A stretch of DNA of 64,000 bases from Chiloscyllium plagiosum (lineage: Eukaryota): positions 59,330,485-59,394,484 of the forward strand of contig NC_057718.1 in assembly GCF_004010195.1 (NCBI RefSeq), read 5' to 3'. Shown here piece by piece: positions 51,311-64,000 of this stretch. A program made the translations under genes and the position numbers. The first letter of the stretch is position 1; every line of letters starts with the position of its first letter. The notes beneath the pieces were generated by a model. The model did no database searches, was not told where the DNA came from, and saw only the letters and a list, made by a program, of their open reading frames with translations.

Positions 51311-53394
51311 GTTGGATCATTTTTGGATAAACATGAAATTAGCACTGCCTTGGTAACAATGGCACAGCCGCATTTACTGGGTGTCTTTAATGTGATGACA
51401 TGTTCTTTCACCAAACAAGAATAGAAGCGTTAACAAAGATTGCCAGATTCGCTGTGGATAGTATTGACTTCCTGAAGGTCTTGTAAAGGTGCAAGGCTTT
51501 TACTAAAACAAATCCCGAGAATTAAAAGCATGAGATTCAAAGAATCCAAGAATTCTCCTCTGCTAGCTATGCTAGTCTTACTTTGTGAATTTCTGACATA
51601 AGTTATCATTCCTCATCAATTGTAAGGTATTGGGGGTTGTCACATTCTGAAAGGTAAAGTGCTTGCTACTGACATTCAAAGCAAGTTAGCATTTTAAATT
51701 CAGTTGTTATTAGATTTTAATTTTCTCTAACCTCTTGCCATTCAATTTTTTAAAAAAGTGCTAAGGTGACTCCTGTTATTCCCAAAAAGATGCTGAATAT
51801 TGCTTGGAATCAACTTTCCAGAATTGACTGATTTTTAACAATAACACTATAACTGGCAATTATTTTGGACCTGTCCTCCACTAACACATCAGTATGTCCA
51901 TTTTTGCTTCTGCTGTATTTCTGCTAGGTCAGCTCCATTGTACTCTTCTATATAGAAGACATATTAACTTTTGAGTCCACAGTTACCAGTGCAGTCAGTT
52001 AACAAGGTTTTGTTGTACCAATTGGCACAGTCAGTTGTTCCTCTGAACTTTGCTCCTCATACCTGTATGTAGAGGACAATATTGTTATTTTTATCTCTTG
52101 TTGTTTTGTGACCTCTATCTGACAGGGGCAACCTTTCACTCTGCACTTCTTGCCATTTACCATGTGACACACCAGTCTGCTGTTATTGCCTTGGCGGCCT
52201 ATCCTAAGGATAACTTAGCTTTAACAATGACACTGAAGGCAGAGATGAGGTAACACATGTTAACTTAATCTCTATCCTCCCTGTGCATGGTTCTCACAGC
52301 CCTCTACCCATCTTTTCAACCTTATATAAAGGGAAGCTCAGAAACAAAGTTGAATATTATCTCCAAAAGCAACATAAAATTTAAACAATCATGCTTTTTA
52401 AAGTGTGTAAATTGTTAATCTTGCTATATTTGAATATGTGGCAACTACAAGTCACAGTATCCTTGAGGAATTTACAAAATTGAGGTAGTTTGAGTTATCT
52501 GATTTATAGGATTATGTTACTTTCTTTAACTTGCATCAACTGTGAAGCATGCATGTGTGCCCTATATTGAGACAGTTAACTAAATTCGTACCTTAACTGG
52601 TTGTCACTGTCCAGCTTTTATTACATAGTAAAATACAACACCACTGTTATGATGCTTACTGAAAACATGTTTTAAATTGGATTGTGTTATGAAGATGCAT
52701 TTTATGTAAGTGCTCTGTGACACACGGTACCCACAATAAGTTCTATCAGTAGAATATGAACACCTTTAAATAAGGGATTTATTGTGTATTCAATGCTTCA
52801 TTTGTTACTTAAATAAAAGATAGATGCCCTTATTCATGCTTTATGTGTGAGCTGTGTTGCTAATTATTGAGCAGTGCACCACCTATATCATATTTAGGTT
52901 ATTGGAACAAGTCAAAACATAAATATACACAGAACTAATATGGACAATGTGAGGTAGCAATATTCCTCAAATATTCTGGAAACCTTCTGGAACCTGAGGA
53001 GCTAGCCAGTGTTCCACCCTTGCCTACTAACTTCAGTTTGTTAAAAAACTTGTAGATAGCTGAGTGAACACAGAAATATAGGAAGTTTTTTTTAGATTCT
53101 TCAAGATTTAAATCATAGTATAACAATAAAGAAAATGATAATTCTTCCTTGTATGAGCAGGGAAGAAATATTTGAAATTCAAATACTTGCTTGATAACAA
53201 TTAGAATTGCTCTTGAACAGTAATAGCTGTCTTAACATCTATGAAGGAAGGACTGAAATAACATGAGCTGCTCGTTGTGTTGGTAACATAAGCTCCTGTA
53301 TCATTCCTTAACTTGGCAGGACGACTCAGTGATTTGTTCTTTAACTGCTGTTACTGCTACCCTAATTTGTTAACTAAGAGGAGCATTAGTGGAA

Positions 53395-53736
53395 TAGAGT
53401 CATAGAGTCTTAGTGATGTACAGCACAGAAACAGACCCTTCAGTCCAACTTGTCCATGCTGACCAGATATCCAAACCCAATCTAGTCCCACCTGCCAGTA
53501 TCCAGCCCATATCCCTCCAAACCCTTCCTATTCATACACCCATTCAGATGCCTTTTGAATGTTACAATTGTGCAAGCCTCCACCACTTCCTTTGGCAGCT
53601 CATTCCATACACGTACCACCCTCAGCATAAAAAAGCTGTCCCTTAGGCCTCTTTTATGTCTTTCCCCTCTCACCCCAGGGAAAAGACTTTGTCTATTTAT
53701 CCCATCCATGCCCATCATGATTTATAAACCTCTATA
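53395..53736 (-). mobile_element. CR1/HER1-type LINE 3' fragment
   Basis: ORF 53482-53718(-) RVVRVWNELPKEVVEA...FKRHL. Confidence 0.95.
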
Positions 53737-54540
53737 ATGTAAAGAAGGTTTTCTTTTAATTGTGCTTTTTTTTCTGCCAGTGGAACATGCTTGGCCTAAT
53801 CTTTGGCTCTGAGTGGTGGTGAGTTTGGAGGTGGGGAGGGGATTTAATTAGGCTGCTTGTGAGCATATCTGTATCCTGTCATATTCTTGCCTCAACCAAA
53901 ATTAGTCCCCTAATAAGGCCCATAGTCAACTTGCCTATTAGTCCATCAGTTGAGGACGTTGAGTGCCAAATAATGACCGCGTCAGGGCCTCATCCCTTCT
54001 CTGCTGGCATTAACCCCTCTACAGGTGGATCTGTCACTATTTGCCTTGTATGATTGTGAAGTCAGCTTGCTACCTCCAGGATGGGATGCCCTCAGACTGT
54101 GTACAGTTGCCCAGTACTCTATGTCTCATTAAGGAGCTTGACAACAGTAAGCCATGTGGGCATGCTGACAGCTACCCTGTTGCCCTTGTTGCTGATCCCC
54201 CTGTAACTCGACAAAGCAAATACCCTCCCCCTAAGCCTCTCCTACAACCCTGCCTCCTCCCCTCACATTACTTACACCTGATCTCCACGCTGTTCTACAT
54301 TAAAGACAAAGGCTTAAACCCCATGGGAACTGCAGAAAACTGGCCGAATGAATGCTAGATTACATTGGATGAATGAATGGGAATTGGATTAAAGAGTTGT
54401 CCTTGATTGAAAACAGTGACCAGTCATAGATAAGCACTGTGGGAGGGGTTAGGGCTGGTGGTGTTTGTTGATCATCTTTATAAAATGAGACAGAGACTAG
54501 GAGTGAGTTGAACTGTTAGGAATCGGGGTGGGGAGATGAT

Positions 54541-54639
54541 CATATTCCTGATAAAGGGCTTATGCCCAAAATGTTAACTCTCTTGCTCTTTGGAATTTGC
54601 CTGACCTGCTGTGCATTTTCCAGTGCCACACTTTTTGAT
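54541..54639 (+). mobile_element. 99-bp PLE-tail/HHR unit flanked by a 10-bp direct repeat
   Basis: GGGAGATGAT at 54531-54540 and 54640-54649; inside is CTGATAA-A-GGGC-TTAT-GCCC-AAAA-TGTTA, homologous to the PLE tail at 28232-28320. Confidence 0.8.
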
Positions 54640-54890
54640 GGGAGATGATGACATCAGTGTTGGGCAACATGAAGTGACACAAAGGCATTGACAAGTAAAT
54701 GAGGAGACGGCAATAAAAACAGAAGGTATGGCAGTGTTTGTGGAGAAATTAACAGAGTTAACATTTCAATAACAGCAGAGGTCATCATGAAGGTAATGCC
54801 TTTTCAGCCTCCCCCCTCATCTGAGACATGGTGACTCTCAGATTAAACCACCGCCACACATTACGCTCTGTCTAATGAGAGAACAACCTA

Positions 54891-55041
54891 ACACATTTGG
54901 ATAAGTGCATGAATACGAAAGGTTTAGAGGGCTATGACCAATTGCAGGCAGGTGGGACTAGTTTAGTTTGGGAACATAGTCAGTGTGGACTGGTTGGACT
55001 GAAGGGGTCTGTTTCCATGCTGCATGACTCTTTGACTCCAT
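54891..55041 (+). mobile_element. CR1 3' end inserted in an older LINE 3'-end remnant (54805-54890)
   Basis: 'ggtttagagggctatg...gactgaaggggtctgtttccatgctgcatgactctttgactc'. Confidence 0.85.
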
Positions 55042-57354
55042 GACCTGGGTCGTAGTGCGATCCTCAGACTCCAATGCCTGTGCCTCCAGCAATAGCCACT
55101 ACCTCTCTAGTGTCTCTGCTAAGCAAAGAAAAGCTGCCAACCTCTGATTAGTGGGCAAAATGATGAGAAGTTCCCCTCAGGATGTGGATGCCAGGTGAAT
55201 GTCTAATGCTGGCATCTGCACTGGTTGATTGACGAATTGGTGAACTTCCAGAAAGGAGATACACAAGGTGTCTTCCTCAACAAGATTTTGCCACTGTGTG
55301 GGAGGTCCAGGAGTTTTGCATGGCACTATTTTTTCATTCTATGCTGTGTTCATTTTGACACAAAATGAAATGGGTACATTTTCCAGAGAATGTTTGAAGA
55401 CTTGAGATAATATTTTGTACAACAGCATAGACTAGTGGTAGTAAAAGAGCATTGTGCTTTTTCACTTTATTCTTGCCTCTGTCTCCTCATGAAGTGAACT
55501 AACCTACAGATGGAAGGAATATTTGCATCCTTAGAAATGAAACACATTAAGAATGTTATTGAATGGCATGATGGGAGCACTGCTGCTTCCGTACCTTGGG
55601 GAAAAAAAATCAATATCTCTGACATATATAAAGGACAATATCATGTGTCAGATTCCAGAAGTTGTTTCCCCAATTTAAATTAAAGCTTTTATAATGGCAT
55701 GATTGGTTAAATTATCACTGAAGTAATCATGGCTGTGGTTACAAACAATTTAACTTACCTGTAAAAGTTTAATGAGAAATGGGCACCGATACATTTGCTT
55801 TGTGGAACTGAGTACAGCAGGTGCTGCAGTATATACTCGACAAGCTGACAATATTCAGGCAGGTTTCAAAACAGGCTGGTTGGGAGCTGAGATTACATGA
55901 ATACCACTTCAAAACTAAAAAAAAATGTCAGACTGCCCAAATGCACCTTTGGAATGCATAAATGAATGCAGCTTGCTATTTAAGAATGATGTGTTTCCCA
56001 GAGGATCAGGATTACTGTGGAGCTATTTCGGGGCAGTTGTTTTTGTTGATTTATTTCCCCCAAACAAAAGCTAGGAAACAAACTGATATCCTTTCAGACA
56101 TCATAAAGCCGTCTTCTTTCTAAGAAGTAACTCCAAATGGATTCAAAGTTTAATTAACATTCACGTAATTCATAATGTTCTTGGTTATTAACAAGTTCCA
56201 CAAATATTATTACAGTCATCACAGAGATGTTAAAAGTCATTCTGCTTGTTTTATGAACAATATTCAAAAGGTAGTTTTGGATTACTGTAAGTCCATTATT
56301 GGGATAAGCTGGAATCAGTAGGAAAGCTCAGCTGGTTGGGGGTCCATGGTTTAATTACTGCTGAGGATATGCATATTAATTACAAGATAAGTGATATTTA
56401 CTGTACCTATGGAACATATGACAGGGTAAAAGCATGAACAGCATTCACTAATAAACTCAGTATGGTAATGAGTAGGAAAACCCACTGAAGTAGAAGGAAG
56501 CAAAAATTAATCATAAACTGCAGTGATCCCTAAGTAAAGGCACTAAGCTCTGATGAAGGGCAACAAAAAGGATTGGAGCAAAGAAATGTTAATATTGTAT
56601 ACATACACAGATTGTCATTACACTACTCACATGATAACAGGGTGTAGATAGCTTCAAAAAGATCAATATCATGCAAAGAATCAGGAGAAGTTGAGGTTAT
56701 AGGGTATCTTAAGTCTTTGATAATCCAGAATGTTAGTGGATAATGACAGTGAAATAAATGCTTGGTTCCATTCAACACTAGCTGGTAAAGAAACAGATCA
56801 TTCCAACCAAAGAGAACCTACATTCTCAGTATACAACAGTTTGTTAGTTGATCCCATGGACTTTTGTTATCGTTCCCATGCCCGGACATGTTGAACATTC
56901 TTTCTGGGGGGGACAAAAAAATCCTTGTGACTTTGATCCAAAATATGTCTTGTAACAGTTTGAGCATTTACATTTTTTGCTCTCTATTGCTGTGGTTTAG
57001 ATATCCTGCACCACTTACTATTTCAAACCTCAATAAAGAAATCTTCATTAGTCCTTCCTTTCTGACTTCTCTGTCATTTATAATCTTTCCTTCGAAACTA
57101 GTCATCTGACAGCAGAGATCTTCTCTTTATCACCTCCAGGACTTGAATAGATTCTGCTCTCCCTCATGTTCTACCAAAGTAAATATAAATCACCTCTCTC
57201 TGAATCTATGTGAAATACTAACCATGATTATTTTAACCACTTGATTTCTTTTACAAGATTATTCTTGATCAGACCTTCTTTTAAGAGATCAGCAATTTTG
57301 TCAGATGATGAGTCACCACTATGAGGGAAGACGTGCATGTATAAATATTTTTCA

Positions 57355-57710
57355 CAGGAACTGAGAAAGAGAAGAGGTGTACAAGGTAATGAAGAGCAAT
57401 GAAAAGATAAATAGTGATTGGCTGTATCAACTGGTTTACAATACAGAAATGAAAAGGCACAAATTTAAGATGATTGCAAAAAATTTAAGAGGGTGGAATG
57501 GACAAATATCTTTGTGGGAATGGTTAGAATGTAACATTTTCAACTGTAAATAGTGCAGAAACAAATTCATAAATTCTTTTCAAAGCAATCATACAAATAT
57601 TTCAAAAAGGTGATTTATTAAAGGGTATGGAGAACGTCTGGATCAATGAGACTAACCTCAATGGCAGAAATATTAGCATAGGCTGAAGGACATGTGCTGT
57701 AATATTCTTT
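57355..57710 (+). mobile_element. Very old CR1 3' fragment
   Basis: 'gaggtgtacaaggtaatgaagagc...aggcacaaatttaagatgattg'. Confidence 0.55.
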
Positions 57711-59789
57711 CTGTAGATGAAATATAACATTAGAGAAGTTATCTAACAGTTAAGTTTTTATTAAAATGATCTTAGGTGTTCAGAATCAATGTATAATAAA
57801 TAATGTCAGTTTATAACCTGCTGATGTACAATCAGCATGGACACATGATTATTTGTAACTCTGAAATCATGGTTTCTTTGTGAATGTTCTAAACTTATTG
57901 CTATAACAGCATTTTAATTTTCAGTTTTTACTTGTTATGTCAAAAAAAATTCTGTTAATAAAAATGAGAGAATCCTTTATCTTTACAAGCTTTCATTAAT
58001 TTAATTAAGCAGCTCCAAAATGTGTAAGAAATCAAAGAAACAAGATAGAATATTGTTAAACCTAAATGATCGCTGTTCATTTATCAACATTTCTGCCGTC
58101 GTCCTCATTTTACCAGAAACACTCAATGATTTCTTTTTTTTAATTTTGTGAAGACTGTTTTTAAAAAGTACCAAAGAAAAGTTCTGATTTCTTACCAGAG
58201 AAATAAAAATCTCCTTACATTTTGTTACCTATAGAATAGTACTCATTTGATTATGTAAAGTTGATACAATTCAGCAACTGAGCAGCCTTCCATTTTTCAT
58301 CATAGAGCTTGCTTTTTTTGCTTTTACCTAACCTATTCAACCTGTCCAAGGATGGGAGGAGCCACATCAGTCTTCCCACAGTCTGGTGCTTAAGATTGTT
58401 ACACTTAATTTTTAAGAATAATTCAGATCAGCACAATGGACCAATTTTGTGTTCATTTATGTGGCACGAATTGAATTGCCAGTTGTGAGAATAAACAGCT
58501 TGGAGTCAGTGAAATTGAGAATTTATGTTCCATTTTTTCACACGAGTTTTAGAGATCTTTAATGTCAGATTAAGAATTTTTATTTATATTTAAGTTGACT
58601 TTACAACTTTAAAATGAATGCTAAACCTATAATATGATTTCAGTCTATACCATAAATAATATTGCAAAAGTCAAAAATCTCAATAAAGAGACACATTGCT
58701 GTGGATCAAAGGACTTTGCATATAAATGTCATTGACTATAAATATAGATATACAATCTTTATTTTCTCAAAGAGCAAACAGATTGCATTACTTTCCACCA
58801 TTTAATTTGAGATTTTGTGCCTATATAGCTGCTTTGTTAATTCGCAATGCAATCTGTCAACACAGAACTCTTTACCCATTGGACACAGTATATTAAAACT
58901 GTCATGGAGCTTGAGTAATCATATAAGGTGAGCTATGAAAGTATACAGGTGATGATGTGACAATGATACAGTGGTGCCAAAATGTCAGGTTTTTTTAAAC
59001 AAGTGAACACCAAAGCATAATGTTTGACCAACATAATGCTGCAGTTCTTTTGCTTATTGCATTACATTTAATCAGAAAATAATTATTTGCAGTCCTTTTG
59101 AAAAGGTGCCAGTTTTAATTCAGTTTCAAATACATTTGATTTGGAGAGCTTCATTCCTTCAAAGCATATTTTATTAACGTCAGACTTCTAGATAGAAAAA
59201 AGCTATTGTTTCTAAGCTCATATTCGGATCAAATGCTTCTGCGTTCATGTTCAAAGATCCACAGAACAACTTAAACTTCAGTCAGAGGGAAATCCCTGCC
59301 CCCCTCCAGTTCTCCCAGTCAGAATTGTTTGAAACTTCAACACTGTTCACAGCTAAGCCTAAACTATTTTCTTGTGAATTCTGCCATAGAGGCTTTCAAA
59401 TGAGAATTCATATTAATGATCAAGAGTAATAACCATAATTAATTTATTTCTCCTTTCAAATAAAAGAGCACTGAAGAGGATTCCCTACTACCAACCCAAC
59501 TAAAATAGTCTAACTTACTGTAAACCAAGAACTTTCTGTTCTGTATCATTTCAGGTTTACATTGGGCAATTCACTGATTAACTCAGCTAAAAATCAGCCA
59601 GAAATGACAATTATAATAATAATTGTGATGATTGATATTTAACATTTTCAGCATGACATTTTCACTTGAATACTTGAATCAGTAGAATATTTGAAAAGAG
59701 AGACAACTATTAATTGTTTATTTCTGATTTCAGATTGACTGAATAAACTGTATCATCTCCTTTGCAACCAAATTACCATAGAATTGCCA

Positions 59790-60065
59790 CAAAAAACAGA
59801 CACAATTGGAAATGCTCAGCAAATGTGGCAGATCTCTTGAAGGAATTGGAAGTCTCCAAATCAAATAGATTTGAAAATGAGTTTAAATTTATCTTTATTT
59901 TTAAGAATGTTTATTAACAATTAATTTCAAAGTAACCATAATAAACAGAGCAGTTCTGACCAAAGATCCTGTTTGTTTCTGTGTAGACGCTGCCATATCT
60001 GCTGACTGTTTCCTGCATTTTCTGTTTTTATTATAGATTTTCAGCATCTACAGTATCTTGTTATT
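59790..60065. mobile_element. Decayed divergent pair of short PLE-derived units
   Basis: Minus remnant 59791-59840 'aaaacagacacaattggaaatgctcagcaaatgtggcag'; plus remnant 59951-60062 'cagttctga...tagacgctgccatatctgctga...cagcatctacagta'. Confidence 0.5.
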
Positions 60066-62749
60066 GACTTATGCAATCTGAATCGTGCTAAGATCTTTTG
60101 ATTCTTAGCAGTTATTTTCAGGATCATTCCTGTATGGGGTAGCTAAATGCCACTGTCAGTGCATCTCCAGGGCCTGCCTGAAAATCCAGGATTTGCATAA
60201 CATGGAGAGGGCAGGATTGGGCAGGTTCCCTACTGAAGCCTCCCATGCCCTTGGGTTTCTCTATTGTTCTCTGCAATTCAATAATTTTCAATTTTGCAAG
60301 TCAAATATTGTGGGGGGAGGAGGGGAATGCAGACATGTTCTGTGGTGACTGACTCATCGCCATCCTGACAGAGGGAGTTTGTGAAATTGGGCTCTGATAA
60401 GATTGCTAAGAGTAGACTGGTGAGCATTTTGTGAATTATAGGCATTGTAAGGCCCTATCAATAAGATGCCTTCACCTCATGGGTTCCAGAGATCTTCACC
60501 AGAGACCTAAGCTTCAGGGGATCCAATGGCTGAAGGTAAATCATTTTGGGTCTTGTAGGGTGCTGACCTAGGAGATTTGGAGACAAGTGCAAGCTGTGGT
60601 TTTCAGCAGCCACGTCCCCCCTTCTCTTGTCCCAACTGGGCCTAGATGGGGGAAATGGAAGCCCCACTTACCATCTGACTGGCAGGTCAGCCTGGTTTCC
60701 CAGCCAGGAACCTAACCACTTTTCACTAGCCAAGAAGGTAAGTAATCAAGCTGGTGACACATTAAGACATTTAAGCAGCCATTAATTGACCTGTTAATGA
60801 TGTTTCTGCCTAGCAATTGATTGGTTACAGGGTGAGAAGAGGGTGGGTGGAGGTGGTGAATATCTCACCAGGGCCAACTTGCCCAATTCTTTGCTTTTCT
60901 CACCACTTTTCTCTCCAGGAGAGGAAAATTGGGCCGTCGGTTTCCTTCATTGAAAAAGATGCAGCTGTTTCTTAGGAGGTCAGGTCACTTCTCCGTCATG
61001 AAATGGAATGGTGGGACCTATATTTGGCCACTTGAAATTTGTATACCTCACAGCATCCAACATCCTGACCTTCATAATGAGGTTGCTTTTAAATAAACGA
61101 ATGAAAACCTTGTGTAAGGATTCTCTTTTCCTAGCTTCTCAATTTGATTAATTTTGCATTGTGAAGGGGCAGACAGAGGTTCCAACGCCTTGAAGACAAA
61201 TTGAGAGCTTCTGGATAATATGCAGACTCAGGCTTTTGTCAGTTTCCAGGGTATTCTGTTACTCTTTCACTAGATTTAAGCTGTGATTCCCTAGAAATGT
61301 TAGCCCCATTAAATTTAATGCATAGTTGAACCCTCTTGAAGACACTTAAATATAGCATAAGAAATCATAAAATGAAGAAAGGTTATTCAGTCTAATAAGG
61401 TGGTCCTTCTGCAAACTGTGTAGAATTTTGTATATTATCTTGGATTAACCCACTTACTGAATATTGTAATTAAATATTCCACATACGTGTACTCTCCATG
61501 GCTCAAATATAAGAAATACTTGAAAATATTCCTCCATTCCCACAGTTCACATATTTAAACCAATCAGATCATTATCCAGGATCTTCAAAAACATATTACA
61601 AATTAACATTGATTCCAAGTTGCCCATCTTCAGTTGAAGTTAATTCTTCCTCTCAATTCTGACAATAAGAAGGATGAATGTTACACAAAATAAATAAGAA
61701 TAAAATTATAATGCTGAGCGTTTTCAGCATTGAGACTTGAAAGTCATTATTTGCCATTAGAGTTTGTTTTGAGATTTAGACATATGCCAGCCAACACAGT
61801 TCGTGATATGGGCTAGAGTTATATTGAGAGACTTTGCCCAATTTAAATGCCCTGATCAGTTTATAGTACCCTTCACGATATTATAAGAAATTACAATGAT
61901 CTACAAACTTACAATCAAATGCAATATCCTGATAGAGATTTTACTTGAAATATGACTTAGTATGAAAGTTTTAGTTGGATTTTATTTGTTTGTAAGTTAA
62001 GAAATGTGGAATTCAATGTTTTACTCATTTAAATGTTACAGTAGTGTTTATTGATGATATAAAAATGTAATATTCGGGGAATAAAGCTACCAGACGTATA
62101 TTAATCCTGAGTCACTAAAACTTTTAATATAATGAACCACAGGTGCACATACGTCAAATTATGCTTAATCCAGCTGGTTGAAAAGATCATAACAAAGATT
62201 CTAATAAAGACCTGGTATTTGGGACAACTTCTGAATATGCATTAATTTCCTAAGGCTTTTTTTTTCTAATGTAACACATATTATAGCCTAATTTTGGTTT
62301 CAAAAGACATATTACATTCCTCTGCACTATCACTAACATCTTTCCAAGTGCATACAGAATTGGTTTGTAATGATTCAAATTATGATGCAAACTCCCTGAT
62401 GCTTTGGTTAAAAGCTGTTCTTATTGCTGCCTCTCTTCTTACCATTCAGTGATAGTCATAAATGAATTTTGTGTGCTCCTCATTTGCCCATTTCTGAAAA
62501 GCACATCTTTTTATCTGGGGTCTCTGAGCTGCAGAGGAAATGCTGTGCCCTTGTCTTTTCAGCAGAAAACATTATTGAAACGCATCTCTCTTACAAGACC
62601 TTTCTGTAATTATCAAACTTTACTGAATCAAGAGAATTGTTTGGCAAATAGCAGCAAAGGCTCGTGTCCTTGTCAGAACACCTGCGGTAGTCTCCAAGCA
62701 AACACGGGTGTCATGGTGCTTTCCTCTAATGACACCTCATCAATCCATT

Positions 62750-63160
62750 CCTATCAGCATCCGAGTCACTGAGGTGACTCGGAGCATTCAGAAGAGAGGA
62801 AAATGTCAATGTTTTGGGAGAAAAGGTCAGTCACAGCTTCCCCCTTCCCTGCCAAGCCACAGTGGGCCTGCCGTTCATTATCTTAATTAAATCCAGCAGA
62901 TGAACATCTTCTTATCTGTAGGGGAGGAGAGCAGGGGCATGATGCAATAGGATTTGCATATCCAAAGTTAATTAGTGCGGAGGAGCAGGTGTACAGCAAT
63001 AATAATTATCACACATGACAATCACCTGTGACCACTTCCCAGCGCCCTTCCGGGATTCAGCAATCCGATCGCTTTGCCTTTTATTCTGTTTTGCTTGATG
63101 CCATCCCAAGTCGGTTATGTCCTTGTGCCAGTGAGTAGCAATCAGAGCCCATGGTGCTGA
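62750..63160. promoter_or_regulatory. Candidate enhancer / CNE
   Basis: Octamer ATTTGCAT, E-boxes CAGATG/CAGGTG/CACCTG, TTAATTA sites and retained CpGs in unique sequence. Confidence 0.4.
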
Positions 63161-63489
63161 TTTTTTGCCTTATTTTAGGGCATTCATTTCTTTTTCCATT
63201 GGATTTAATGCTGCTGTGTATAACAGTAAAACATCTCTTTCAGAGTTTAGAATGGCACTGAGTCTCACTTCAATGTCCTGTTCTGCTACTGATGTTGCAC
63301 ACAGAATATTTCAAAGAGAAAAGCAAATGGCTGTACATTTAAGCTTCAGTTACATTAATTCTTCCACTCATTTAGACTCATTATGGAGGATAGCCTATTT
63401 AAAGGGAGCATTTAGCTGTAATTGTGATTCTAATGCAACAGCTATTGGAATAGGAGGATTCTGAACTTCTTTTAGAAATTTTCTGATCA

Positions 63490-64000
63490 ATCTGTTCTTA
63501 TGTTATTATGCACCTCTGTAGCAGGTGAAACTTAGATAGGGACACTACTGATGGAGGGATGGTTGTTGATGAAACAGCTGAAGATGATTGGGCCTGGAGG
63601 CCATTACCCTTAGGAACTTAACTGGTTAAGAAAGAATTTAGCAAGCTTGCCTTCCTTGCTTAGACCTTTGAATATAGGAGTTGGGATGTAATGTTGAGGT
63701 TGTACAGGACGTTGATGAGGCCTCTTCTGAAATACTGAGTGCAGTTCTTTTGCCAGGCCATTGCTAGGAATGGAGGATTTGAATTATAAAAATAGACTGA
63801 ATAGGCTGGAACATTTTTTCAAGGAAGTGTAGGAGATTGAAGCGTGACCTTATTGAGGTTTCTAAAATCATGACGGGGCATAGATAAGATGAATGGCAAG
63901 GTTCTTTTCCCTCGGGTAGGGGAGTTCAAAGCTAGGGGGTATATTTTAAAGGTGTGAGTAGTAAGACTTAAAAATGACATGACAAGCAAATGTTTTCTAC
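63490..64000 (+). mobile_element. CR1 LINE ORF2 C-terminal fragment (runs off the window)
   Basis: 'gagtt gggatgtaatgttgaggttgtacaggacgttgatgaggcctcttctg' (LYRTLMRPLL) and DLIEVSKIM. Confidence 0.9.

Noticed and set aside
56550..56570. CTGATGAAGGG as another hammerhead
   Set aside because: No stem II partner or GAAA box follows.
1..64000. CRISPR array or prokaryotic operon/defence system
   Set aside because: No regularly spaced repeats or gene-dense operon structure; the sequence is vertebrate repeat-rich DNA.

Overview
Eukaryotic, AT-rich, repeat-dense vertebrate DNA with no supportable host protein-coding exon, so it is intergenic or deep-intronic. The repeat set points to a cartilaginous fish, most likely a shark. 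It comprises HE1-type tRNA-derived SINEs, HER1/CR1 LINE fragments, Penelope-like elements (PLEs) with minimal hammerhead-ribozyme (HHR) motifs, Deu-domain SINE remnants, RTE, L1, Gypsy relics and spliced PIF/Harbinger Myb/SANT plus transposase relics. Almost all ORFs in the track are TE fragments or chance ORFs. Main observations: (1) about ten HHR-type motifs, several in short stand-alone PLE-derived units and head-to-head pairs; (2) two perfect fold-back palindromes, each with a 6-nt spacer, at the 5' junctions of a CR1 and an HE1 insertion; (3) a TSD-flanked 1.6-kb L1 that keeps both ends but lacks ORF1 and RT; (4) a fossil two-gene Harbinger element plus two more Myb/SANT relics; (5) a repeat-poor, CpG-retaining block at about 47.5-51.4 kb and another at about 62.7-63.2 kb that look like conserved non-coding enhancers. 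Family assignments come from recognising motifs by eye; no database search was run and boundaries are approximate unless a junction is quoted.
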